DNA of 35,171 bases. Source: a virus. Lineage: Duplodnaviria > Caudoviricetes. Positions 24,716 through 33,462 of this stretch are shown here, piece by piece. Position numbers and translations under genes: made by a program. Within the stretch, counting starts at the first letter, position 1. Each line of letters begins with the position of its first letter. The notes below the pieces were generated by a model, which saw nothing but the letters and a program-made list of their open reading frames with translations, was not told where the DNA came from and ran no database searches. The stretch spans positions 1-35,171 of IMG/VR virus record IMGVR_UViG_3300025372_000524. One strand, written 5' to 3'.

Positions 24716-25698
24716 TTTAAATTGTTTAATATATTATTCATATTTGTTTTCCATACTTCCAACGAGTAGAAACGGTTATATAAATCTTTTGCTTGATTAC
24801 TACATTGTTCGTAGAACTCTTTATTATTCTTTAAATCTAATGCCATAAATCTAGCTGATTCAAGATCACCTACATCTACAGATAATAATTGGTGACATAC
24901 ACGTTGTGTATCTACTGCTGCATTACCAATACAAGGTATTCCTAAATAAGCACAATTAAGTGCAAAGGTACCAGCTGCTACAGTAGGCATTAGGTGTACA
25001 GCTAATTTAAAGCTGCTTAACTGCTTAATCCAATCAGTCCACATTACTCTAGGTAAGTGTTGTATCAATTGATCTTCACCATCTCTCATAGCATGAGAAG
25101 TTTGACCCCAGATAGGTAAATCAAAGTTGTGCGCTATCATATAACTTTCGAATCCTCCATACCATCTAGCAAAGTTACCTCCAATAATTACCTTATCTTC
25201 TTTTGTAGGTACTATATCTTTAATCGAATCTTCGATCATTAAAGTACGCATTACATTAACAGGCTTGTTTGGAAATAATCCTTTGTAGTAGTAAGTGTCC
25301 TGTTCATTATGTGCAAAGATAGAATCACAATCAGCCATCATATTATAAAAATGAATCTGATCTTCGATTTCTAAATCAGTAAAGATCCAATGTGGACCTT
25401 CCTGCACAAAGTGTACCTTCTTATTTTCGTCCTTTATCTTCTTAAGCCAATCGCTAGCAAGTAATTGAGAGTATGGATTAGGTATATTAGTTACCTTAGC
25501 TCCAACTGTATTTAAGTTTAACTGTCCTTTTGGAAAGATAATAAATACATGATCATACCCAGTAACAGTTTTATGATGTGTGATAGGAAAATGGTCTGCA
25601 TTAAGTGCTATCTGCCAAGCGACTTCAGTTCGAGCATTTGGAAAATTCACTGGCCATTTGCCAGTATAGTTTGTTTCAGTTAAGAATGCAACTTTCAT
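24712..25698 (-). CDS. Putative divergent GT-B glycosyltransferase
   Basis: MKVAFLTE start; C-terminal W..QLSSFKLAVHLMPTVAAGTFALNCAYLGIPCIG resembles the GT-B donor-binding region with degenerate acidic residues. Confidence 0.6.
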   Translation of the reverse strand: MKVAFLTETNYTGKWPVNFPNARTEVAWQIALNADHFPITHHKTVTGYDHVFIIFPKGQLNLNTVGAKVTNIPNPYSQLLASDWLKKIKDENKKVHFVQEGPHWIFTDLEIEDQIHFYNMMADCDSIFAHNEQDTYYYKGLFPNKPVNVMRTLMIEDSIKDIVPTKEDKVIIGGNFARWYGGFESYMIAHNFDLPIWGQTSHAMRDGEDQLIQHLPRVMWTDWIKQLSSFKLAVHLMPTVAAGTFALNCAYLGIPCIGNAAVDTQRVCHQLLSVDVGDLESARFMALDLKNNKEFYEQCSNQAKDLYNRFYSLEVWKTNMNNILNNLK

Positions 25699-26333
25699 AT
25701 TAATTTATCTGCTTTTTGTATATTATCTAACCAGGGTATAAATCTAAGATTAGAAAGATCCCCTATTATTTCTGGTGGTATTTTATTTTTAAAGCCTTTA
25801 CTAATCGGATAAATATGGTCCAAGTGATACGATTTTTTACCTCTTTTATCATAATGCTCTAGCAAATGTATTGGTTGTTTTTTAGTAATACTATCAACCA
25901 ATCTATAATAAAGCTCTTTATCATCAATACGTCCTAAATAATCTTCATAAGAAATACTTTCTTCTTCTAGTACATGCTTAACATAAGCATTATTCTCACC
26001 ACTTCGATTCTGCTGTACACACATACCTGGAAATTTTTTTCCAGCATTCCACGGAATAAAATCAGGCCTTTCTCCTTTCATTTTATTAACCGCTTCTTCT
26101 GTATGTTTCTTACCATACATTGGATTGTTTTTTCCTAGCATTCTTTCAGATCTTTTCTTTTTTTCATCCTCCGAATGCATTTCAATACCACTGTTCCAAG
26201 CTTTTCTTCCTACAGAAGCAAGCTCATAGCATTTACGACTACAATACTTAGCACTATTTGCTCTAGACTTTATTACTTCAAATTGAATGTCACAAGATTG
26301 ACAAAGGATAAGTATTCTTGGTAATCTTCTCAT
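25695..26333 (-). CDS. Free-standing HNH homing endonuclease (treble-clef Zn finger + NUMOD3 + HNH)
   Basis: CQSC...YCSRKC; NPMYGKKHTEEAVNKM; AWNSG/PWNAG repeats; YHLDHIYPISKG...SNLRFIPWLDNIQK. Confidence 0.88.
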   Translation of the reverse strand: MRRLPRILILCQSCDIQFEVIKSRANSAKYCSRKCYELASVGRKAWNSGIEMHSEDEKKKRSERMLGKNNPMYGKKHTEEAVNKMKGERPDFIPWNAGKKFPGMCVQQNRSGENNAYVKHVLEEESISYEDYLGRIDDKELYYRLVDSITKKQPIHLLEHYDKRGKKSYHLDHIYPISKGFKNKIPPEIIGDLSNLRFIPWLDNIQKADKLI

Positions 26334-26343
26334 AATTCTTTAT

Positions 26344-26352
26344 TAATAAATA
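26344..26352 (-). promoter_or_regulatory. Variant late-promoter motif (ATA)TATTTATTA
   Basis: 10 nt upstream of HNH ATG 26333, within the only sizeable gap of the glycan operon. Confidence 0.55.
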
Positions 26353-26392
26353 TATGAGAATAGGCTTTTATCTACATCCATTCTAATATTTT

Positions 26393-27235
26393 TTATCTGT
26401 CATTGTTATCTATATTTTTCCAGGTTGGTGGATAATAGTTTCCATTCATGAATTTAAATGGACTATAGTTTCTAATATAATTTGTAGGGCAAGTTACCTT
26501 ACCTGGTTTACTCTTTCTTTTGTAGCTTCTGTAAGCAGCCCACCAACTAAAAGAGCTGTTAGCTATTATAAAATGATCACATATACTCATTGTTATTAAG
26601 TCTACGTAATCTATTCCTTGCTCAACAAAGGTAACCATATCACCCTCTATCAAATTTTCTTTACACCATTCAATATCATTAGAAAATATTAAAAAGTGAT
26701 ACTTTTCTATATCCTGAAGATATGGTTCTAAAGCAGCTCCATAATAATCAGTATCAAGTTTACAGAAGTGGTCGTGCTTTAAGTAATCTCCACGTCTAAC
26801 GTGAAGTGCTACCATCTCTTTGTCAGCTTGCTTCAAGGTAAGAAACTTCTCAGCAGCTTGTGAGAGATAGTCAGGATTCCAATTCCAGTCATAAACCTCT
26901 TCAGCATACTTAGGATACCAATAATGATATAAGTGAAATAAATTAGTAACTATGTAATTAGTATTAGGGTCTAACTTAAATACCGCAGGGTCTGCTAACA
27001 AGCCATCTGTTGGATGTAAAGGTTTAAAGTCTGCAAAGAAACTATCAGGTTCTACTCTAAAAGGAACCTCTAGTAAATTCTGAAATTTTATTCCCCATCC
27101 CGTTTTTAATTGGGATTCGGGGAATACTATTTCTTTGCCAGTTTCTTTTGCAATAGCATACATAGAAGCATACTGTTGTATTTGAGAACCTAAGTCTGCT
27201 GATGCACCTAAGTTATTAAATGTTATGTAACTCAC
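26393..27235 (-). CDS. Glycosyltransferase family 11 (alpha-1,2-fucosyl/colitosyl-transferase-like)
   Basis: LGSQIQQYA, ALHVRRGDY, FSNDIEWC, HFIIANSSFSWWAAY. Confidence 0.92.
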   Translation of the reverse strand: MSYITFNNLGASADLGSQIQQYASMYAIAKETGKEIVFPESQLKTGWGIKFQNLLEVPFRVEPDSFFADFKPLHPTDGLLADPAVFKLDPNTNYIVTNLFHLYHYWYPKYAEEVYDWNWNPDYLSQAAEKFLTLKQADKEMVALHVRRGDYLKHDHFCKLDTDYYGAALEPYLQDIEKYHFLIFSNDIEWCKENLIEGDMVTFVEQGIDYVDLITMSICDHFIIANSSFSWWAAYRSYKRKSKPGKVTCPTNYIRNYSPFKFMNGNYYPPTWKNIDNNDR

Positions 27236-28575
27236 TAGATATTCTTTAAAAAGTCGTGAACTTTATCTGCAATGTAATCCATTTGCTCATCTGTAATTCC
27301 TGGATATACTCCTAAGAAGAATGTATCTAATGTAGTCTTAGTTGCTATAGGGAATTGGTTTCTTGGATCAGTATACTCCTTAGCTAACTCTTCATAAGCT
27401 GGATGGAATAATGCATTACCTGTAAAGTAAGATCTAGTTTGAATCTTAGCTGCTTCCATAGCATCTACAAACTGAGCTTTGGTAAAATGTAAACCATCTT
27501 TTAAAGTTACTAAGTAACCAAACCAAGACACATCGGCTTTTGTATTTGTAGTAGGTAAGTAGAAGTAATCAGGATACTGACTAAAGATGTCATATAATCT
27601 TTTAAAGTTATGCTTTCTTCTAGCATGCATCTCATCTAACTTATCTAACTGAGCAAGACCCATAGCTGCTTGCATCTCTGTTGGCTTCAAGTTGTAACCA
27701 ATCTCATCAAACACATATCTGTGATCGAAGATAATATCTTCTTGACCTTTAAACCAAGAATCAAATCTACATCCACAAGCTGTACCTTCTGTTACGTTAC
27801 CAGGCTTAGCTGAGTTACAATAACAAGCACGACCCCAATCTCTTAATGAAGCTAATGCCATTCTCTTCTTAGCTGAATTAACTGCTACGAATCCACCTTC
27901 ACCCATTGTCATGTGGTGAGCTGGGAAGAAAGAACAAGTAGAGATATCACCAAAAGTTCCTAATGGCACACCATCCCAAGTTGATCCTAAAGCATCACAA
28001 GTATCCTCTAAGTAAATTAAATCATACTTCTTTACTAAATCCATTACTCTATCCATATCAGGAGGATTTCCTAATACGTGAGCAAAGATCAAACCTTTAA
28101 TTTCTCTGTTAGTATCTTCTACTAATAACTTTTCTACTTGATCTAAGTCTAAGTTTAAGTTTGGTAGAGTTACATCAACAAATACTGGTTTGTATCCATT
28201 TTGTAATAAAGGATTGATTGTAGTTGGAAAACATACTACTGGAGTAATAAACTTAGAACCTTCTGGTAATGCTCCACCTCTTTTAGTCTTCAATAATGCT
28301 ACCATTAACAAGTTAGCTGAGCTACCTGAGTTAACTACGATACCATCTTTCTTGCCTAATAGTGGTGCGAACTTTTGTTCAAACTCTCTACCCTTAGCTC
28401 CTAAGATAAACCACTCATCAAGTAAGGTACTTACTCCTGCTGTAAATTCATCTTCATTAAACCAAGGTCCTGAATACTGAACCCAATCTTTACCTGCTGT
28501 CCAGGTTTTACTCGCTCTCTTTTCTTTAACGTAGTCTACTACTGCGTCTAAAATGATTTGCTTTTTACTATCCAT
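27235..28575 (-). CDS. rfbH: RfbH/DdhC (E1)-type NDP-4-keto-6-deoxyhexose 3-dehydratase, PMP/[2Fe-2S]
   Basis: VNSGSSANL, AHVLGNP, EDTCDALG, SFFPAHHMTMGEGG (His replaces the PLP Lys), DWGRACYC...C, FDHRY, GYNLK. Confidence 0.88.
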   Translation of the reverse strand: MDSKKQIILDAVVDYVKEKRASKTWTAGKDWVQYSGPWFNEDEFTAGVSTLLDEWFILGAKGREFEQKFAPLLGKKDGIVVNSGSSANLLMVALLKTKRGGALPEGSKFITPVVCFPTTINPLLQNGYKPVFVDVTLPNLNLDLDQVEKLLVEDTNREIKGLIFAHVLGNPPDMDRVMDLVKKYDLIYLEDTCDALGSTWDGVPLGTFGDISTCSFFPAHHMTMGEGGFVAVNSAKKRMALASLRDWGRACYCNSAKPGNVTEGTACGCRFDSWFKGQEDIIFDHRYVFDEIGYNLKPTEMQAAMGLAQLDKLDEMHARRKHNFKRLYDIFSQYPDYFYLPTTNTKADVSWFGYLVTLKDGLHFTKAQFVDAMEAAKIQTRSYFTGNALFHPAYEELAKEYTDPRNQFPIATKTTLDTFFLGVYPGITDEQMDYIADKVHDFLKNI

Positions 28576-28579
28576 TTTG

Positions 28580-29470
28580 TTATTTTATTGTATTATAAAC
28601 TTTTCTTATACCATCAATATACGAAGTAAATTCGTAATTAGGAAATATATTTTTAAATTTAGCTATGTCTATATCTTTTCTGTACTGACCATTTGGTTTA
28701 GTAGTATCGTATTCTATTCTAAGATGTTGAGAATCAGTTGCTTCCAAAGCCATCCTAGCCATTTGATCTATAGTTAAGTTAGCATCTGTACTTAGATTTA
28801 AGTTTTCTTTTATGTCATACTTAACTATCATATTTAAGATCTCAGCAATATCCCGAGCAAAAGTAAACTGTCTCAGTGGAGTACCATCGCCAAATAAAGT
28901 AATGTGGTCATGACCATTTTGCTTAGCTGTATGAATCTTTTCAAGTAAAGCACCTACGAAGTGTTTTCTACTTACATCTCCATGTTCAAACTCTCCGTAT
29001 AAGTTAGAAGGAGTTACATAGGAGTAATTAAGTCCTTGCTTTTTAGCTATATCAATATGAACACCTAACACTCTTTTAGCATACCCATACCCATAGTTGT
29101 TTATGTTAGGTAAGTCTTTGTGCATATCCTCTTCTACCATTGGATAATGATCAACTACATCTGGAAAGATGCAAGAAGATAGTACGCCTACAAACTTTTG
29201 TACATTGTACATTCTCGCATACTTAACCATGTAAGTATTCATTAAAAGATTATCTTCGTAGTATTCAAAAGGATAAGTAATATTATCCATAATACCACCT
29301 ACCTTAGCTGCTAAATGAATAACTACATCTGGTTGATGATCCATGAACATTTGAGATACTTCTCTCTCTTTTGTCAAATCATACTGAGAAGAATTTAAAA
29401 AAACTCCATCTGTGAACTGTTGTAGGTACTTGCCTACTAATCCCGAACCACCTGTTACTACTATTTTCAT
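28580..29470 (-). CDS. fcl: GDP-L-fucose synthase / ColC-like epimerase-reductase
   Basis: TGGSGLVG, HLAAKVGGI, LSSCIFP, YGYAKR, PSNLYG, GDGTPLRQF, KPNGQYRK. Confidence 0.9.
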   Translation of the reverse strand: MKIVVTGGSGLVGKYLQQFTDGVFLNSSQYDLTKEREVSQMFMDHQPDVVIHLAAKVGGIMDNITYPFEYYEDNLLMNTYMVKYARMYNVQKFVGVLSSCIFPDVVDHYPMVEEDMHKDLPNINNYGYGYAKRVLGVHIDIAKKQGLNYSYVTPSNLYGEFEHGDVSRKHFVGALLEKIHTAKQNGHDHITLFGDGTPLRQFTFARDIAEILNMIVKYDIKENLNLSTDANLTIDQMARMALEATDSQHLRIEYDTTKPNGQYRKDIDIAKFKNIFPNYEFTSYIDGIRKVYNTIK

Positions 29471-30441
29471 ATCTTATAGATTTTATTCCAGTACTCAACC
29501 ATTTCGGTAATCATACTTTCAAATGTATACTCTGGTTCCCATCCTGTGGCTGCTTTTAACTTAGAGCAGTCTCCTTTTAAGAACTCAAGCTCTTCGGGTC
29601 TTAAAAACTTCTCACTTACATCAACCCATTGTCTATAATCTAAACCGACTTCGTTGAAAGCATATTCACATAATTCTTTTACTGTGTGAGATATTCCTGT
29701 AGCACAAACGTAGTCGTCAGGCTTATCTAACTGTAACATCATGTGCATTGCCTTAACATAATCTTTAGCATGGCCCCAATCTCTTGAAGCACTCAGATTA
29801 CCTAACACTAAACCTTCTGATACGTTGTTTATAATCTTAGCTGCTTCCTTACATACTTTATTTGTTACAAAGTTTGTACCTCTCCTCGGTGATTCGTGAT
29901 TAAACAAAATACCATTAGAGATAAACATATCGTAAGAGTTTCTATAGTTTACTGAAATGTTGTATGCATATACTTTAGCACATCCATAAGGAGATACTGG
30001 ATGCATTGGTGTGGTCTCTCTTTGGAATCCATCTGGATCTACTGAGTTACCAAACATTTCAGATGAAGATGCTTGATAGATTTTTATCTTAGGATTAATT
30101 TCTCTTACTGCTTCTAATAAATTAAGTACACTTAATCCTGTAGCATTGGCTGTATAAAGAGGTTGGTCAAAAGATATTCGAACGTGTGATTGTGCAGCTA
30201 AGTTGTAGATCTCATGAGGCTGCACTTTATTGATTACTCTATACAAAGAAGATATGTCAGTCATGTCTGCATAATGTAAATGCAATAAACTAAAAATACT
30301 ATCTAACCTTGCTGTCTGATTTTCTGCTACGGAATTACGTTTTAGAATGCCGTGAACCTCGTATCCCAACTCAAGTAAGTATTCAGCTAGGTAAGATCCA
30401 TCCTGCCCGTTAATTCCTGTTATTAATGCAACCTTTTTCAT
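29467..30441 (-). CDS. gmd: GDP-mannose 4,6-dehydratase
   Basis: ITGINGQDGSYLAE, NLAAQSHV, QASSSEMFG, PVSPYGCAK, NGILFNHESPRRG, RDWGHAKDYV. Confidence 0.96.
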   Translation of the reverse strand: MKKVALITGINGQDGSYLAEYLLELGYEVHGILKRNSVAENQTARLDSIFSLLHLHYADMTDISSLYRVINKVQPHEIYNLAAQSHVRISFDQPLYTANATGLSVLNLLEAVREINPKIKIYQASSSEMFGNSVDPDGFQRETTPMHPVSPYGCAKVYAYNISVNYRNSYDMFISNGILFNHESPRRGTNFVTNKVCKEAAKIINNVSEGLVLGNLSASRDWGHAKDYVKAMHMMLQLDKPDDYVCATGISHTVKELCEYAFNEVGLDYRQWVDVSEKFLRPEELEFLKGDCSKLKAATGWEPEYTFESMITEMVEYWNKIYKI

Positions 30442-31052
30442 TATAATGTATTGTAGTAATCGTTTTGTTTTTCTTGTCTCGCAATGTCTTTGGGATGATA
30501 TAATTCAAACCCTTCAGGTAACATTGATACCATACAAGCTTCATTTGTAGTTAATCTCTCATGTACCTTACCAACCCAGTTAATATCTTTTCTATTTTTA
30601 CAAATTCTAGTTTGGAAGTCTGGATAGTTGATCCATTCATTTTCATCCACTCTCCATCCCCATTTCTTAATATGTTCTTCGGTTAAACCTTCAACAGTAT
30701 TGATTCTAGGAACAGCATAGATGTCAACTGTAGGATTAAGTTGTAATACTTCAGGTAAGTTTAGCATTAAAATATCAGTTAAGTATTCATCTGCATCTAT
30801 AAAGAAAATATAATCTTTGGTACAAAGACTTTTAAGATAATTTTTAAAGCTAGCAAAGTCGTTATTTAAACGACTCATGTGCTTTTGTATCTCATACTTA
30901 CCAACTACGTCAACTACTTCTCTAGTAGCTGTAAAGTCTAGTAACACTACTATTTCATCCTCAGGACGAGCATGTTCAGATAGTTGGCTTAATAACCGAT
31001 CTAACTCAACAGCTTCATTCCAAGCTGTAACTGCATAACTAATTGTTGTCAT
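30441..31052 (-). CDS. Glycosyltransferase family 2 (beta-1,4-glucosyltransferase-like)
   Basis: ISYAVTAWNE, DFASFKN, FFIDADE, YPDFQTR, WVGKVHE. Confidence 0.88.
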   Translation of the reverse strand: MTTISYAVTAWNEAVELDRLLSQLSEHARPEDEIVVLLDFTATREVVDVVGKYEIQKHMSRLNNDFASFKNYLKSLCTKDYIFFIDADEYLTDILMLNLPEVLQLNPTVDIYAVPRINTVEGLTEEHIKKWGWRVDENEWINYPDFQTRICKNRKDINWVGKVHERLTTNEACMVSMLPEGFELYHPKDIARQEKQNDYYNTL

Positions 31053-31054
31053 TC

Positions 31055-31510
31055 TTATTGATTAAACATTCCTAAATAATCCATTGCTTCTATAAAGTCG
31101 TTACCAAAGTTCTTCAAAGACTTAGCATCTGATTTATAAGTTAGACCTTTGTATTTAGGTTGTTTCTTTTCTTCTTCAGTAAGCTCTACTACTTTAATAA
31201 CAGACCACTCTACTTTATCTACACTCTTACCATTTAAGAATACTGTACCCTTATCAGGTATGTTAATACTAATAGGATACCATACTCTACCTTCTTCGTC
31301 TGTATACTTAATATCCTTATAAAGTTCCGGTAAAGTTTCTTCGTAAGCAACTAAATCAAATTCTCCTTCTTTCATTAAGTCGTTGGTTTGAAAACCACAA
31401 CCCCAACAGAAGTAGTTATTTTTAGTTTCATTTAAAGGTGACACATAACATCCATCGCACTTACACTTTGGACATATTGTCATTTGATCATTATTTTTCT
31501 CTGCTGTCAT
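31055..31510 (-). CDS. Zinc-ribbon protein of unknown function
   Basis: CPKCKCDGC...CWGCGF. Confidence 0.75.
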   Translation of the reverse strand: MTAEKNNDQMTICPKCKCDGCYVSPLNETKNNYFCWGCGFQTNDLMKEGEFDLVAYEETLPELYKDIKYTDEEGRVWYPISINIPDKGTVFLNGKSVDKVEWSVIKVVELTEEEKKQPKYKGLTYKSDAKSLKNFGNDFIEAMDYLGMFNQ

Positions 31511-31982
31511 TTTCTATTTTATTTATTGAATACCAAGTAGGTCTTCCATTAGTTGTGAAAATTGCCGTTTCAGCCCAAGCACTGCTACCCGTAGATACTG
31601 TGCAAGTTACAGTAGTTCCGTTTGGACCTCCTGTTGTATAAGTTACATTACTTCCACTCGGATAACCCGTTGTTGTAAATGTTGTTGGATTATACGTTGT
31701 AATATACCCTTGAGTATTTGGAGTAGTTGTTACTACCCATCCACTACTTGCTGTTCCACTACCAGTAAGAGAAGTAACACGAAATGGACTATCTGGGCTC
31801 CAATATGGAGGATAAGATTGAAGAGTGTGATCTTGAAACATGCCTGGTGTTTCTTCAAACTCGTCATCATTTACTTCTTCTAATCTTTCTTTTAATAAGT
31901 CCCACTGTTTGGGAGTCACGTTGTATTCGTGAACTCCCTCAGTGAATCCTCTTAGCCACTGAATAAACTCTTGACTAGTCAT
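31491..31982 (-). CDS. Hypothetical protein with Thr/Ser/Gly-rich tail
   Basis: N-terminus paralogous to 31975..32172; C-terminal half is T/S/G-rich low-complexity sequence. Confidence 0.7.
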   Translation of the reverse strand: MTSQEFIQWLRGFTEGVHEYNVTPKQWDLLKERLEEVNDDEFEETPGMFQDHTLQSYPPYWSPDSPFRVTSLTGSGTASSGWVVTTTPNTQGYITTYNPTTFTTTGYPSGSNVTYTTGGPNGTTVTCTVSTGSSAWAETAIFTTNGRPTWYSINKIENDSREK

Positions 31983-32172
31983 GTAACAAAGTTTTATTTC
32001 CTTTATCTAAATTTTCCCAAGTATTAGTAGAAGTCCATTTAGAGGGTAGTGATACTGGACCATCTTTTACTTCCTTTAACTTCTGCTGAACTATTTTCCA
32101 CTGTGCTTGTGTTGGTTCGACTACTCCTTCTGAGAAACCTCGAAACCATATTAAAAATTGTTGACCTGTCAT
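31975..32172 (-). CDS. Small hypothetical protein (MT..F..W.RGF.EG family)
   Basis: 65 aa; paralog of the downstream gene. Confidence 0.7.
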   Translation of the reverse strand: MTGQQFLIWFRGFSEGVVEPTQAQWKIVQQKLKEVKDGPVSLPSKWTSTNTWENLDKGNKTLLHD

Positions 32173-33461
32173 TATGATATCTTTTTAAGTTTAGGTAATA
32201 CTAATTTAACTTGCTTAGGTACATACTTATCTAAGTAATTATTTAAAATTAAAACCATGTTATCGTAGTTAAACTCCGTCTTAATTTTATGACCTTGACG
32301 TTTAGCTAATTCAGCATACTTGTTATAATTTTCATACACATCTATAAGAGCTTTACTAACAGAAGTAGGATCAGGACTAAACCATGAAGCTCCTTCTATA
32401 ATCAATCCTTTAGATAAAGCTGAAGGGTGACAAGGTGTTAAGCTGCCTGGAATTAAAACAGTGTAGTCTTGGTTTAAGAAATCCATGTGACCTGACCATC
32501 CTGAAGTAATTACTGGTTTCTTAGATAAACAAAACTCTGCTAATGGTCTACCATATCCTTCACCTTTAGTTAAAGATACGAAAGCTTTTACTTTAGGGTG
32601 ATTGTAAAGATTGTTAATATCTTCATCATCCATATCACCATGTATCAAATAAATGTTAGGTAGATTCTTACCGTTAATAGTCTCTCTAATAGCATCTATC
32701 TTTTTCAGTACTTCATCTCTATCCATAATGCTAGCACCACCGTGAGAAGTTTTCATAATTAAAGCAGGTTGCTTTTTCTTATCTTTAAAAGTTTCTAAGA
32801 ACAGCTTAACTAGTAATCCTGTATTCTTTCTATCTTCTCCTAAGTCACCTTGTAACCAATGACCTACGTAAAGATAACAAAAGTCTTCCTTAACAGTATC
32901 TAAATCTAATACTAAGTCGGTTTCCTCTAAATCTTCATCTGCAACAAAGAAGTACTTATTTAAATCAACACCTTCGAATAAAACTTCTACAGGTTTTTCT
33001 AATTTAATATTTCTAGTCACTTGCTGAGTAGCGTTGTCTTTCTCTTGGAATGTACTTGCTTCTAATACTTGCTTAGCATGTCTTGAAGATACTAAAGTAA
33101 CATCCATTCTATTACATCCTAATACAAACTCAACATCTGCTACTGTGGTTTCAATACCTGCAGTAACTCCAATGTTAACTTTACCTACTGGTTGGAATTC
33201 GTTAGGAACTGTAATTTGCATCCATACATCTGGCTGCTTCGGTAATTGGTTTCCAAGAAGGATTAAGTCCTTCATCCAACCCCACTCCTCTTTATTATTA
33301 TCTAAAAAGCCCCAAGGTGTTGCACCCCATCTTTGAGAAAGGATTTTAATATCCCAGTCTTCTTTCTTTAACTCATAGATTGCTTTAATAAGATCTCTTG
33401 AACGTGCACCATATCCAGAATAAGTTTCTGGTGGTGCTGATATAACACATAACTGCTTCAT
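32172..33461 (-). CDS. Glycosyltransferase family 4 (GT-B)
   Basis: SGYGARSRD, RKNTGLLVKLF, TKGEGYGRPLAEF (E-x7-E), KPVITSGWSGHMDF. Confidence 0.9.
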   Translation of the reverse strand: MKQLCVISAPPETYSGYGARSRDLIKAIYELKKEDWDIKILSQRWGATPWGFLDNNKEEWGWMKDLILLGNQLPKQPDVWMQITVPNEFQPVGKVNIGVTAGIETTVADVEFVLGCNRMDVTLVSSRHAKQVLEASTFQEKDNATQQVTRNIKLEKPVEVLFEGVDLNKYFFVADEDLEETDLVLDLDTVKEDFCYLYVGHWLQGDLGEDRKNTGLLVKLFLETFKDKKKQPALIMKTSHGGASIMDRDEVLKKIDAIRETINGKNLPNIYLIHGDMDDEDINNLYNHPKVKAFVSLTKGEGYGRPLAEFCLSKKPVITSGWSGHMDFLNQDYTVLIPGSLTPCHPSALSKGLIIEGASWFSPDPTSVSKALIDVYENYNKYAELAKRQGHKIKTEFNYDNMVLILNNYLDKYVPKQVKLVLPKLKKIS

Positions 33462-33462
33462 A

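Noticed and set aside
14201-26333. Group I introns housing the GIY-YIG and HNH endonucleases
   Set aside because: Flanking genes appear complete, gaps are too short for an intron core, and each endonuclease has its own upstream motif
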